Shown here: in pieces, positions 36,014 to 46,383 of the stretch
Numbering within the stretch: position 1 is the first letter of the stretch
How the letters are laid out: every line of letters begins with the position of its first letter
IMG/VR virus record: IMGVR_UViG_3300025084_000039
Coordinates: 1-50,839 of that record
Strand: one strand, 5' to 3'
DNA length: 50,839 nt
Source: a virus
Taxonomy: Duplodnaviria; Caudoviricetes
Translations under genes and position numbers: made by a program
Notes under the pieces: model-generated
The model's database searches: none
Seen by the model: only the letters and a program-made list of their open reading frames with translations
What the model was told of the DNA's origin: nothing

Positions 36014-36184
36014 ATGATTATTAATTTGTGGCATAACGAAAAAATGAATCAGTGGAGATGGTCTCTCACTGAAACTGGACTTATGACACAACATACCGGA
36101 ACTCAACAAGAACTCCGCGATGCTATGAATGATGTTGCAAACACTGTCGAATATATAATTGACAACGAACTAAAAGAAGAGTAA
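36014..36184 (+). CDS. Hypothetical protein (56 aa, absent from ORF track)
   Basis: MIINLWHNEKMNQWRWSLTE...DAMNDVANTVEYI. Confidence 0.7.
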   Translation: MIINLWHNEKMNQWRWSLTETGLMTQHTGTQQELRDAMNDVANTVEYIIDNELKEE

Positions 36185-36187
36185 TAT
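36159..36187 (+). promoter_or_regulatory. Sigma70-type promoter
   Basis: TTGACA-17 nt-TAATAT. Confidence 0.6.
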
Positions 36188-36192
36188 ATAAA

Positions 36193-36244
36193 GGTGTGAA
36201 GGAAGTGCGAGAAGGGTGACCCTATATAGGGTTGCCCTTTTTTC
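36193..36244 (+). ncRNA. Candidate ~50-nt small RNA
   Basis: Between promoter and terminator, no ORF; single-stranded GGTGTGAAGGAAGTGC leader. Confidence 0.45.
36212..36244 (+). terminator. Intrinsic terminator
   Basis: AAGGGTGACCCT-ATAT-AGGGTTGCCCTT with two G-U pairs plus T run. Confidence 0.85.
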
Positions 36245-36249
36245 TTATG

Positions 36250-36256
36250 ATAAATA
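36250..36256 (+). promoter_or_regulatory. Late promoter motif
   Basis: ATAAATA 28 nt before the large tail gene. Confidence 0.65.
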
Positions 36257-36284
36257 ATCCATAACAGAACTATAGTGTAATAAG

Positions 36285-39200
36285 ATGGGTCTTTCCAGAT
36301 TAGATAATTTTCTGAAGTCTTCGCGTGGTACTATTCTTTATGTTGATCCGAATAGTTTAGATGCGACTGATAGTATTGAAAATCAGGGTAATTCACTGAC
36401 TCGTCCCTTCAAAACGATTCAGCGTGCGTTAATAGAGTCTGCTAGATTTTCGTATCAAGCCGGGTTGAATAATGATAGATTTGGAAAAACCACTATCTTA
36501 CTGTATCCTGGCGATCATGTAGTTGATAATCGACCGGGATTTATTCCAGATGGGTTGAATAATTACCGACAAAGAAATGGATCTACAACTGATGATCTTC
36601 CTGCGTTGGATCTTTCTTCCAATTTAAATCTTGAATCGCCAAATAATGAGCTCTATAAGCTTAATAGTATACATGGTGGCGTAATTCTTCCTCGCGGTAC
36701 ATCACTGGTTGGTTTAGATCTTCGTAAGACTAAGATTAGACCAAAATATGTTCCAGATCCAGAAAATGATAATATCACAAGAACAGCAATATTCAGAGTA
36801 ACTGGTGCATGTTATCTGTGGCAGTTCTCCATATTTGATGGAGATCCAAACGGGGTCGTTTATAAGGATTATACTGTAAACACCCATGTTCCTAACTTTT
36901 CACACCATAAACTAACAGTATTTGAATATGCTGATGGCGTGAATGGTGTTAATATCAGTGATACTTTCCAATCATACTCTACAACCAGAACTGATCTGGA
37001 TATGTATTATGAAAAGGTTGGTTTGGTTTATGGACAATCTTCTGGTCGTGCAATTGAACCAGATTATCCATCTACTGGACTTGATATTCAACCCAAGATT
37101 GATGAATTCCGTATTGTTGGTTCTACGGGTCAAAGTGTTGGCATCTCTAGCATTAAAGCTGGCGATGGGGTAACTGCAACTACTACCATTACTGTTACTA
37201 CAGATACTGCAGTTCCTGGACTTGACGTAGATACTCCTTTCCGTATTGAGGGTCTCAGTGCAACTGGATATAATGGACAATTTGTTGTATTTGATAAGAC
37301 GAGTAGCACAGAACTAAAATATATTGTTCAAAACACGCCAACAGTGGCACTTCCAACAGTATCTGGATCTCAATTATCACTTTCCTCTGATACTGTTACA
37401 TCTGCATCTCCATATATCTTTAACATCTCTCTGAGATCTGTCTTTGGTATGTGTGGTATGGAAGCAGATGGTAGTAAGGCAACTGGATTTAAATCCATGG
37501 TTGTGGCTCAATATACGGGTATTGGTCTGCAAAAAGATGATAATGCCTTTGTAAGATATAATACTGCAACTCCGCCAACTGGAAATTATGATGATAGGAC
37601 ATCTGTTGATAACCTTAGTAATAATTCTACGGCAAGATATAAACCAGAATATAGAAACTTTCACGTAAAAGTATCAAATAACTCCTTTATACAGGCAGTT
37701 TCAATCTTTGCTATTGGATTCTCTGAGCACTTTGTAACTGAAAATGGTGGTGATATCTCACTGACCAACTCCAACTCTAACTTTGGTGCAAATGCACTGA
37801 CCTCTGTTGGATTTAGAACTGATGCATTTTCTCAGGATGACATCGGATACGTCACTCATATCATTCCGCCCAAAGAAGTTCCTCTCACGGAATCAGCAAT
37901 TGAATTTAATTCAATTGATGTAGCAAAGACTGATGTTGTTTCTGGTGTTGGATCTACTGGTAATCTATATCTTCTTAGCCAAACAAATGCTGGTGCTCCA
38001 CCAGAAAACGTAATTGAAGGATTTAGAGTTGGTACAAGAACGAATGATCAACTTCGTGTATTAATTTCTCAGGCAGGAATTGTAACTGAATACTCTGCAC
38101 GTATTGTCATGCCAGACAATACTGAAAATCCAGTATCCAGTGGAGAAAAAATATTTAATGTAAAGAGAAGTGCCGCAGGAATTAATAGTATTGGATCCTT
38201 TAGTGATGGTGGTGTAGAGGGTGTTATTACGCTTACAGGACAGCATAATTTCCTAACTGGAGAATCTGTTCGTGTTATCAGCTCTACGGGACAACTTCCA
38301 GATGGATTGATTACAAATAATGTTGCTTTTGCTATTACAACTTCATCTTTATTCAGTGGAAACACCAATATTCAACTTGCGAAAACTCTTAATGATGCAA
38401 TTAACGGAACTCCAATCCCTATTAATGAAAAGGGTGGAGAACTGACTGTTGTAAGTAGAGTATCTGATAAGAACTCTGGAGATATTGGTCATCCAATCCA
38501 GTACGACTCTACAAACTCACAGTGGTATGTTAAAGTTGCCCTTGCTGCAACAGAAAACTCAATCTATCCGACAATTGTAAGTCTTGGTACTACAGATCTT
38601 GGAACAGCAACTCCAAGAACATTCTTCAAGAGAAGAACTGATGTAAGATCCGGCCTTGATAAGACCTATAGAATGAGATATGTTATTCCTAGTGATTCTG
38701 GAATAGCCACTGCAAGACCTCCAGTAGAAGGATTTATTCTTCAGGAATCCAATACCTCTATTGGTTCAACTGATGGCGAGATTCAAACTTATTTTGGATC
38801 TGGTGCGATCACTAATGTAAATCAACAAAGAAACTTTAGATTTATTGCTGGTGCATCTTGGGACGGAACCTTAGGTAATATTAACACTGAACTTCCTCAC
38901 GGATTAAAGATTGGAAACGAGGTAGAACTCAAGAACATCACAAGTACAGAGAATACCTCTGGTACAGATAACTCTGGATTTAATGGTCTTCATATTGTTA
39001 CTGGAATCTCCAGTGCAAAACAATTCTCTGTTGGTATCAACACTAATCCTGGTACGTTCAGTAATAATACAACTGATAGATCAACATCTCTACCTTTCTA
39101 TAGAAGAAAGAAGTTTACTGATACCTACTATGTTTATAGAATTTCTGAATCACGGAAATATATTGCTGGAAAGCAAGATGGTGTCTACTACCTAAGTGTT

Positions 39201-42188
39201 CTGAATGCATCTATCAGACCAACAGTATCTCCGTTTACTGCCGATAAGTATTCTCAACCGGTAAAACAACTTTTCCCACAAATTAGTAGAGATAATCCAG
39301 TTTCTGATCCAGCAGAGACAAAATCTTTTGCTGCTTCTGATCTAATTGGTAGAGTTGATACTGATGACACTAGAAATAGTATTACTAAAGAGGCTCTGAA
39401 TAAGTATAGAGACGACTTCACGGTTGGTATTGCTCTTACTGACATCTTTTCAACCACTGGGGCGGCTCATACATTCCACACTCAGTATGATCATGGACTA
39501 AACAGACTGACTAAAGTTCAAGTTAATGAAGTTGGTGCTGGATATAGTAATGGCACATATTATAATGCAAGTTTAGTTGCTATCGGTTCATCTACAACTG
39601 GTAAGCACGCAACTGCTAAGGTTGTGATTACATCTAATGCAATCGATTCAGTCACTATCATGGATGGTGGTTCTGCATATGGAATTGGCAATACTCTTGC
39701 TGTTACTGGAGTTACAACAAATGGAACATCTGGTTATACTGATGGTGTTGTAGAAGTAACTAAGATTTATGACAACGTTGGTGATGTTATTCGTCTTACT
39801 GGAGTCTCCTCTGAAGGATATTCAGCATATAATCAACTTTATAGAATTACTGATGTTACGATTGGATCTGCAACAACTATAACTGTTGCTACTGCTTCTT
39901 CTATTGCAAGTACAGGTATTTCCTCAGATACAATTGGTGTTGGTGTTACTTTAACTGGAGATGCATATGTGTATCTGACAGGAGAATCAATCAGAGTCAA
40001 TACCTTTACATATACTGGACCTGCAGGTATTGCAACAATTACAACACACAATCAGCATGGTTTAGCAGTAGATCGTTCAGTAACCATTAGTGGCGCGGGT
40101 CAAACTCAATATAATGGATCATTTGTAGTTACTAAAGTCAACTCACTGACATCTTTTGAAGCAAATCTTGGTGTCAGCACCTTAGCTCCAACTGCATCAG
40201 GAACAATTTTTGCACTTCCTGAGGGTGTTTCTTCTAGTGGAGGAAATATTACTATTGAGGATGAGAATATTGCTGGTAGAATGACCCCAAATTATGCTGG
40301 AATTACTACCACAATCTCAAATTCTATCGCAAACGCAACCACAGATTCTATCAATATTCAAACTATTGGTGATCTTGATATTAATATCGGTGACTTCTTA
40401 CTGGTTGATAGTGAACTAATGAGAGTCAAGACAACCACTACTGGATCTAATCCAGTTAAAGTTTTCCGTGGTATTCTTGGTACGAAAGCAACCTCACATG
40501 TCGTCAATTCTGTTATTAGAAAAGTTAGAATTGATCCAATCGAACTTAGAAGACACTCTATCATTCGTGCTTCTGGCCATACATTTGAATATGTTGGATT
40601 TGGTCCCGGTAATTACTCTACAGCATTCCCAGACAAACATGATAGAGCAATCACTGTTGACGAAGAATTATTAGCTCAGTCTAATAAGAGAGAGGGTGGA
40701 ATTAACTTCTACACCGGAATGAATGATAAGGGTATCTCATACTCTGGCAATAAGCGTCTTAGTACAATTACTGGTAGAGAAGAGATCTTTGACACTCCAG
40801 TTGAAACCGTAGAGGGTGAGGACGTTAGTGTTCTACCAAATCTGAATGTTGTTGCCCCTGTTGAATTGGTTGCAAGTCGTTCAATTACTGTTGAGGGTGG
40901 ACCTGACAATAAGGTTATATCCAAGTTTAATGGCCCAGTTATTATTAATAATAAACTGACTGTAAACTCCACGAAAGGATTTGAAACAAATAATATCTTT
41001 ATTCAAGGCGATGCCACAGTTTCTAGAAAGTATACCGTTGGTATTGCAACTCCTGCTCTTGCTGGTAACCCAGGAGATGTTGTTTATGATGCAAACCCAA
41101 GTTCAGGTGGATATCTTGGTTGGGTTTACACTGTAGAAAATGGTTGGAGACGTTTTGGTAATGTCAGCACAGCAACTAGTACAAGTGATGGACTGTTTGA
41201 TACTCTTGGAGTTTCAACTTCATCTATAACTGGAGATAGCAAACTTCAGGTAGGATCTGGAACTTCAATATTTGCCGTTGATGCAAATGGTGTTGGTATT
41301 GGATCCACTGCAAATGGATTTAAACTCCGTGTTGTTGGTGAATCTAGATTTAGCGGATCTATTGTTGCAACAGCATTTACTGGAGATGGTTCGGGTCTAA
41401 CAAATCTTGCAAATGACTCTCTGTTTGATACTGTTGATTCTGGTATTGGAACAGGAATCTTCCCTACTAGTTCATTAAATGTTGGTATCGGAACTACCAG
41501 ACCACTTGATGATGTTAATCTGACTGTCGGTGCAGTTGGTTCTTCTGGAACCACTATGCATGTCTTCTCCGAAGCCAAGTTTGCTGGTATTGCTACTGTA
41601 AAAGATCTGACGGTTACTGGATTTAGCACAGTTGTTGGAAACTTTGATATCCAGAACTCTTCTGGACAAATCACTGCAGGTGTTGTTACCGCAACTACTT
41701 TGAATGTAGGTGCTGCGGGAACAATCATCACCACGCAGGTTGGATTTGGATCAGTTGGTATTGGTTCTACTCAACCAACTGCGATGCTTGATGTTGGCGG
41801 ACATACTAAGTTCACAACCTACTCTGAGGTAGTTGCTTCACCATCAATCTCAGTTAATGAAATTACTTTTGACCTTTCTACTGCACAATCATTTACGATT
41901 ACCGCATCTGATGATATTACTGCATTTGTTTTGAGTAATGTTCCTTCAGGATCAACCTCATTTACCGTTAAGATTCTTCAGGACTCAACTGGCAATCACT
42001 CTGTCGGTATAGATACATTCAAGGATGGTAGTGGAACAGCAATTCCAGTCTTCTGGCCTGGTGGGGTCTTACCCATAGTCACACCAACAGCAGACAGATC
42101 GGACATCTATTCGTTTAAGACATTTGATGGTGACAATATCACAACCTCTGGTTTATATGGTGTTGTAGGAGGACAGAACTTCGCATAA
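36285..42188 (+). CDS. 1967-aa tail-fibre-like structural protein
   Basis: MGLSRLDNFL..ILYVDP..PFKTIQRAL N-terminus, GxGY and HGL beta repeats, VGIGST fibre repeats. Confidence 0.8.
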   Translation: MGLSRLDNFLKSSRGTILYVDPNSLDATDSIENQGNSLTRPFKTIQRALIESARFSYQAGLNNDRFGKTTILLYPGDHVVDNRPGFIPDGLNNYRQRNGSTTDDLPALDLSSNLNLESPNNELYKLNSIHGGVILPRGTSLVGLDLRKTKIRPKYVPDPENDNITRTAIFRVTGACYLWQFSIFDGDPNGVVYKDYTVNTHVPNFSHHKLTVFEYADGVNGVNISDTFQSYSTTRTDLDMYYEKVGLVYGQSSGRAIEPDYPSTGLDIQPKIDEFRIVGSTGQSVGISSIKAGDGVTATTTITVTTDTAVPGLDVDTPFRIEGLSATGYNGQFVVFDKTSSTELKYIVQNTPTVALPTVSGSQLSLSSDTVTSASPYIFNISLRSVFGMCGMEADGSKATGFKSMVVAQYTGIGLQKDDNAFVRYNTATPPTGNYDDRTSVDNLSNNSTARYKPEYRNFHVKVSNNSFIQAVSIFAIGFSEHFVTENGGDISLTNSNSNFGANALTSVGFRTDAFSQDDIGYVTHIIPPKEVPLTESAIEFNSIDVAKTDVVSGVGSTGNLYLLSQTNAGAPPENVIEGFRVGTRTNDQLRVLISQAGIVTEYSARIVMPDNTENPVSSGEKIFNVKRSAAGINSIGSFSDGGVEGVITLTGQHNFLTGESVRVISSTGQLPDGLITNNVAFAITTSSLFSGNTNIQLAKTLNDAINGTPIPINEKGGELTVVSRVSDKNSGDIGHPIQYDSTNSQWYVKVALAATENSIYPTIVSLGTTDLGTATPRTFFKRRTDVRSGLDKTYRMRYVIPSDSGIATARPPVEGFILQESNTSIGSTDGEIQTYFGSGAITNVNQQRNFRFIAGASWDGTLGNINTELPHGLKIGNEVELKNITSTENTSGTDNSGFNGLHIVTGISSAKQFSVGINTNPGTFSNNTTDRSTSLPFYRRKKFTDTYYVYRISESRKYIAGKQDGVYYLSVLNASIRPTVSPFTADKYSQPVKQLFPQISRDNPVSDPAETKSFAASDLIGRVDTDDTRNSITKEALNKYRDDFTVGIALTDIFSTTGAAHTFHTQYDHGLNRLTKVQVNEVGAGYSNGTYYNASLVAIGSSTTGKHATAKVVITSNAIDSVTIMDGGSAYGIGNTLAVTGVTTNGTSGYTDGVVEVTKIYDNVGDVIRLTGVSSEGYSAYNQLYRITDVTIGSATTITVATASSIASTGISSDTIGVGVTLTGDAYVYLTGESIRVNTFTYTGPAGIATITTHNQHGLAVDRSVTISGAGQTQYNGSFVVTKVNSLTSFEANLGVSTLAPTASGTIFALPEGVSSSGGNITIEDENIAGRMTPNYAGITTTISNSIANATTDSINIQTIGDLDINIGDFLLVDSELMRVKTTTTGSNPVKVFRGILGTKATSHVVNSVIRKVRIDPIELRRHSIIRASGHTFEYVGFGPGNYSTAFPDKHDRAITVDEELLAQSNKREGGINFYTGMNDKGISYSGNKRLSTITGREEIFDTPVETVEGEDVSVLPNLNVVAPVELVASRSITVEGGPDNKVISKFNGPVIINNKLTVNSTKGFETNNIFIQGDATVSRKYTVGIATPALAGNPGDVVYDANPSSGGYLGWVYTVENGWRRFGNVSTATSTSDGLFDTLGVSTSSITGDSKLQVGSGTSIFAVDANGVGIGSTANGFKLRVVGESRFSGSIVATAFTGDGSGLTNLANDSLFDTVDSGIGTGIFPTSSLNVGIGTTRPLDDVNLTVGAVGSSGTTMHVFSEAKFAGIATVKDLTVTGFSTVVGNFDIQNSSGQITAGVVTATTLNVGAAGTIITTQVGFGSVGIGSTQPTAMLDVGGHTKFTTYSEVVASPSISVNEITFDLSTAQSFTITASDDITAFVLSNVPSGSTSFTVKILQDSTGNHSVGIDTFKDGSGTAIPVFWPGGVLPIVTPTADRSDIYSFKTFDGDNITTSGLYGVVGGQNFA

Positions 42189-45100
42189 TGGAGAATATCA
42201 ACTTTAGAGGGGTTCCAACATCCCTATTTCTCAACGGACCAAAACTGGGGATCGTTACTGATCCTCAGAATCAAACGGATGTAATTGGAGTTGCAACATT
42301 TACTGGTATTGCAACAGCATCATTTCCAAATCCAACTGATGGAGTGAATGATGGATCAATCGCATTTAAGTGGTATTTTGATGGATCTCAAATTTTAGAT
42401 ACTAGTGTAGATAGTAATAGTAATGCATCAATCGTAGGATTTAGTTCTGCAACTGGAACTGGATCAACCATTACTATTAATGGTTTAACTACTGATGATA
42501 GTAATAAAGAAGTATATTTTACTGCTGATTATATTCCATCAGCATACTCTCAACCAGCAGGATCGGCAGTTACAGCAGGAACTGCAAGATCAACCGGTAA
42601 TGCATTTAATGAACCATTACAATCTGGAATTGGAACAATAACAGTATTTCCAATTATTGAGATTACTTCTCAACCCACAGATCAATTAGTATCTGTTGAG
42701 GATGATGCAACATATTCTATTGCAGCAAAAACAACACCTGGTGATGGACCTGTAGAATATCAGTGGCAACTTGATGGTAATGATTTGTCTGATGGAACAA
42801 CAACCACGACTGTTCAAGAAGGAGCATCAGGAAAACTTAAACTTTTTAGACTCAACGATTCAACTCATGGATATACTGCTACTAATCCTGAGGAATTTGA
42901 TGTATCTCAAAATAGAGTTTTTGGAATAACAGGTGATAAATTTGCTAGAAATCGTCCAGGATCAGTTTCTGTCATAAACTTTATTGAGACTACTGAGGAC
43001 ATGACTTTTAGAATCACTGCTAATGGTGCAGATGGTGGAACGTCTGGTAGAAGATCTGTTGCTGGTGGTAAAGGAGGACAATCTATAGGAACATATACTT
43101 TTAAAGCAGGACAAAAGTATAAAATGATAGTTGGCCAATCTAGTTTTAGTTCAAACCAATATGATGGTTGCTCTCCAGGTGGAACTAGTTCAGGTGAAGC
43201 TGGATATGGAGGTGGATTTACAGGACTCTTTATTACAGATGCATTTTACGATTCAGTTGATAACTTCACCTTTGAGCAATCAGATGCTATCTTGATTGCT
43301 GGTGGTGGAGGTGGTGGAGCCGATGATCCAGCATCTGGTGGTGCTGGGGGTGGACTATCAGGAGGTAATGGTGGGAATGCTCCTGGAAGAGGAGGAATGG
43401 GAGGAACACAATCTGCTGGTGGTGCGGGAGGTTCTGTAGCCACTGATGGCGATCCTGGATCAGCACTTCAAGGTGGTAGTGGCGGCGGTGGCGGCGGCGG
43501 AGGTGGATATTTTGGTGGTGGTGCCGGTGGTGGACATAATGGATGTTGCGCTGATGGTGCCGGTGGTGGTGGGTCTGCTTTCTTCTATGATACTGCTGAT
43601 ACTACAAGTGGTAGAGGCGAAAATGTTGTTTCTGATATTACATCAACTAAAGGCGGAAGTGATGTAGAAAGTTCACGAGTAAATGATGGTGCATCTGGAG
43701 TACATGGAAGTTTTTCCATGGAATTAATTTCAACTACAAAAACAGTTACTACAACAGTCACTGGTTCTAACACTGATACCCTAACAATTAATGCAGAAGC
43801 AACAGCAAACGGAACGATTAGATGTAAATGTACTGCAACTGATGTTCAGCAATCACCAGTATTTTCTAATACCGTAAGTTATGTTGTTGTAGAACCAAGA
43901 TCACTGCTTGAGATTGAAACCTACAATTATACTGATGCTACTGCAACACTTTCTGAGTTTGACTTAGATGACGGTGACTTGACGATTGATTATGCATCAT
44001 ACACTGGAAACGCAGTATGTTTGTATTCAGGTGATAAAGATATTGATGTTGAAATGGAAATGTATGGTGGAAAAGGTAGTGATGGTCAATCAGGATTAGG
44101 ATCTGGTGGTGAAGGTGGATATTCAAAGATTAGATTTACTATGGAAAGGAATGAGGAATATGTTCTCACTGGATTATTTGATGCAGTAAATGCTCCATTC
44201 TTGTATAGAAAAGCAACATTAATTGCATGTGTTGGTGGAGGTGGTAGTGCTGGAATTGCTGGACTTGGTGGTGATGGTGGTGGAATAGGTCTCGGTGGTC
44301 AAGGTGGGGTGGGTGCTGGTAATGGAACTGGTGGTGGGGCAAATGATTTACAAGCAGATGGACTTTTTGGATCAGCATCGAGTCTTACCGCAGTTCCTCC
44401 AGATTCCGACACCCCTCCAAACGAATCTGCCGGAGGTAGGACAATAGCCTGCACGAGAGGTGTATATTGGAGAGATCAGGGAAAATCACCTTGTGAGGAT
44501 CTTGGAACTATTAAGTTTAGAACTCCAGATGGAACAGAAATATCCAACACTGCAGAAATTGAAAGAGGATATAAATCTGGATATAATATAATTCAAACAA
44601 AAGGAATAGGAAGAAACGATGGTGGTGCAGGTGGATCTGGTGCCGAAGGTGGTCAAGGTTCAACAAATCAAAGAGGTGGTGGAGGAGGAGGATCAGGATA
44701 TACTGATGGCTCTGTAACTGAAGTAGAAAGTACGCAAGGTGGCAGTACTGGTGATGCTAAAATTATTATTCGTCTTTCTGATCCAAGTGTGGTTAATCCA
44801 TCAACCACACTTCAAGATGTAATATTTGATGTTACATCTTCAAACCAGAGGAATACGATTACCTTTGTAAAAGAAAGTGGAACCGGACCTGATAGAATTA
44901 CGTTTGGTCCTAATTTTGGAACTGTGAGTGTTTCTTTAGGATTTGGTGCAGTTTATGATAGAGAGAGTGTATCTGTTAATGGAGATACCTCTGCTGGAAT
45001 TATTAGATTGACTGATAATACACTTGAACTTGAGGATTCAAATGATGGTGATTTCACCGATTTAACTATTACCCCAAGAAAAGGTAAGTTTACAAGTAAA

Positions 45101-45442
45101 TTTAGATATGAATTTACTAGATCAAGTGAAACAGTTACTTTTACACAGTCTTTGACTGGAGATCATCTTGGATTTACTATGACCCTAGTTTCTGGAACTG
45201 GAACTGGACCACAAACAATTAAATTTGGTGGTTCTGGACTCACATTACCTTACAACGAACCAGTTACTGCAACAATTCAGCAGGGAGCAGTTTATACTAT
45301 CACATCAACAAATAATGTCACTACAAGAAGTTTGAGTGATGGCACTCTTACTCTTACCGATGTGGATAGCAATCCTGGAACTTTGGAAATTACTCCAGAC
45401 AAAGGAGAATGGACTTCAACATCTAGATACGAGTTCACTTAG
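42188..45442 (+). CDS. Ig-like and glycine-rich adhesin-like virion protein
   Basis: ITSQP..YQWQ Ig motifs; two poly-Gly domains (AGGGGG, GGGGSG). Confidence 0.8.
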   Translation: MENINFRGVPTSLFLNGPKLGIVTDPQNQTDVIGVATFTGIATASFPNPTDGVNDGSIAFKWYFDGSQILDTSVDSNSNASIVGFSSATGTGSTITINGLTTDDSNKEVYFTADYIPSAYSQPAGSAVTAGTARSTGNAFNEPLQSGIGTITVFPIIEITSQPTDQLVSVEDDATYSIAAKTTPGDGPVEYQWQLDGNDLSDGTTTTTVQEGASGKLKLFRLNDSTHGYTATNPEEFDVSQNRVFGITGDKFARNRPGSVSVINFIETTEDMTFRITANGADGGTSGRRSVAGGKGGQSIGTYTFKAGQKYKMIVGQSSFSSNQYDGCSPGGTSSGEAGYGGGFTGLFITDAFYDSVDNFTFEQSDAILIAGGGGGGADDPASGGAGGGLSGGNGGNAPGRGGMGGTQSAGGAGGSVATDGDPGSALQGGSGGGGGGGGGYFGGGAGGGHNGCCADGAGGGGSAFFYDTADTTSGRGENVVSDITSTKGGSDVESSRVNDGASGVHGSFSMELISTTKTVTTTVTGSNTDTLTINAEATANGTIRCKCTATDVQQSPVFSNTVSYVVVEPRSLLEIETYNYTDATATLSEFDLDDGDLTIDYASYTGNAVCLYSGDKDIDVEMEMYGGKGSDGQSGLGSGGEGGYSKIRFTMERNEEYVLTGLFDAVNAPFLYRKATLIACVGGGGSAGIAGLGGDGGGIGLGGQGGVGAGNGTGGGANDLQADGLFGSASSLTAVPPDSDTPPNESAGGRTIACTRGVYWRDQGKSPCEDLGTIKFRTPDGTEISNTAEIERGYKSGYNIIQTKGIGRNDGGAGGSGAEGGQGSTNQRGGGGGGSGYTDGSVTEVESTQGGSTGDAKIIIRLSDPSVVNPSTTLQDVIFDVTSSNQRNTITFVKESGTGPDRITFGPNFGTVSVSLGFGAVYDRESVSVNGDTSAGIIRLTDNTLELEDSNDGDFTDLTITPRKGKFTSKFRYEFTRSSETVTFTQSLTGDHLGFTMTLVSGTGTGPQTIKFGGSGLTLPYNEPVTATIQQGAVYTITSTNNVTTRSLSDGTLTLTDVDSNPGTLEITPDKGEWTSTSRYEFT

Positions 45443-45449
45443 ATACTTG

Positions 45450-45457
45450 TATAAATA
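45450..45457 (+). promoter_or_regulatory. T4-type late promoter
   Basis: Exact TATAAATA in intergenic gap. Confidence 0.8.
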
Positions 45458-45488
45458 ATAAAAAATAAGCGGGGGAGAGTGAACCCGA

Positions 45489-46352
45489 ATGGCAGTCAAT
45501 AAGAATTTTGTTGTCAAAAACGGGCTAGAAGTAGCAACAGACGTTATTCTGGCAAATGCTTCTACCAAAAATGTCGGTATTGGTTCTACCCAACCAACTC
45601 TCACCTTAGATGTAAGAGGTGGAATTGGTGCTACCGATCTTCAAGTCACTGGATTTACTACTCTTACGCAAGATCTGCAGGTAGGAACATCTGGTAGCGT
45701 TTTTTACGTCAGCAATAGTAATAACTTTGTTGGTGTTGGAACCTCAGTTCCTGCTTATACTTTAGAAGTTCGTGGACCTGTAAGCACAGGTGTCACGGCA
45801 CTATATGTTCGTGGTGACATGCGTGTCACTGGTGATATCAATCTCGATGATATTACTCTTGATGACGCAGAGATTGAAAATCTGACAGTTACAGACACGT
45901 TAACTGTTGCTGGTGTTACTACTCTTGCAAGTAGTGGTGGTATTACAACGACAGGTGGTCAGGTTTATATCAATACTGATCTGAATGTTGGTGGTGTATC
46001 AACATTTACTGGTGCGGCAGACTTCAATAATGATGTTGATATTGATGGTCACACTGAACTTGATAATTTAAATGTTAGTGGATTCTCTACATTTGTAGGG
46101 TTCTCTACATTTAGTGATTATGTTTTTATTCAAGATGGATTGAATGTTACTGGTGTCATCACTGCAACATCATTCACTGGTCTTGGACAAATTGGTGTCG
46201 GTTCTGAAGGAACCTTCATCGGAACTGGCGTTACGATGGTTGATTTTAAATCATCCAACGCAGGAAATACTGTTGATGTAACAACAGGAATCGCAACGGT
46301 CACAGTTCAGACTGGTGCATCTATTGGTCTCGTAATCGCTCTTGGCGGTTAA
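45489..46352 (+). CDS. Short tail-fibre-like protein
   Basis: NFVVKNGL, VGIGST..P..LDVRG repeats, C-terminal IGLVIALG. Confidence 0.8.
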   Translation: MAVNKNFVVKNGLEVATDVILANASTKNVGIGSTQPTLTLDVRGGIGATDLQVTGFTTLTQDLQVGTSGSVFYVSNSNNFVGVGTSVPAYTLEVRGPVSTGVTALYVRGDMRVTGDINLDDITLDDAEIENLTVTDTLTVAGVTTLASSGGITTTGGQVYINTDLNVGGVSTFTGAADFNNDVDIDGHTELDNLNVSGFSTFVGFSTFSDYVFIQDGLNVTGVITATSFTGLGQIGVGSEGTFIGTGVTMVDFKSSNAGNTVDVTTGIATVTVQTGASIGLVIALGG

Positions 46353-46383
46353 TTCAATAAATACTCATAACACTTAAAGAAAG

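Noticed and set aside
43300-43580. GGT/GGC runs as microsatellite or G-quadruplex element
   Set aside because: Mixed synonymous codons encoding poly-Gly; explained by the protein.
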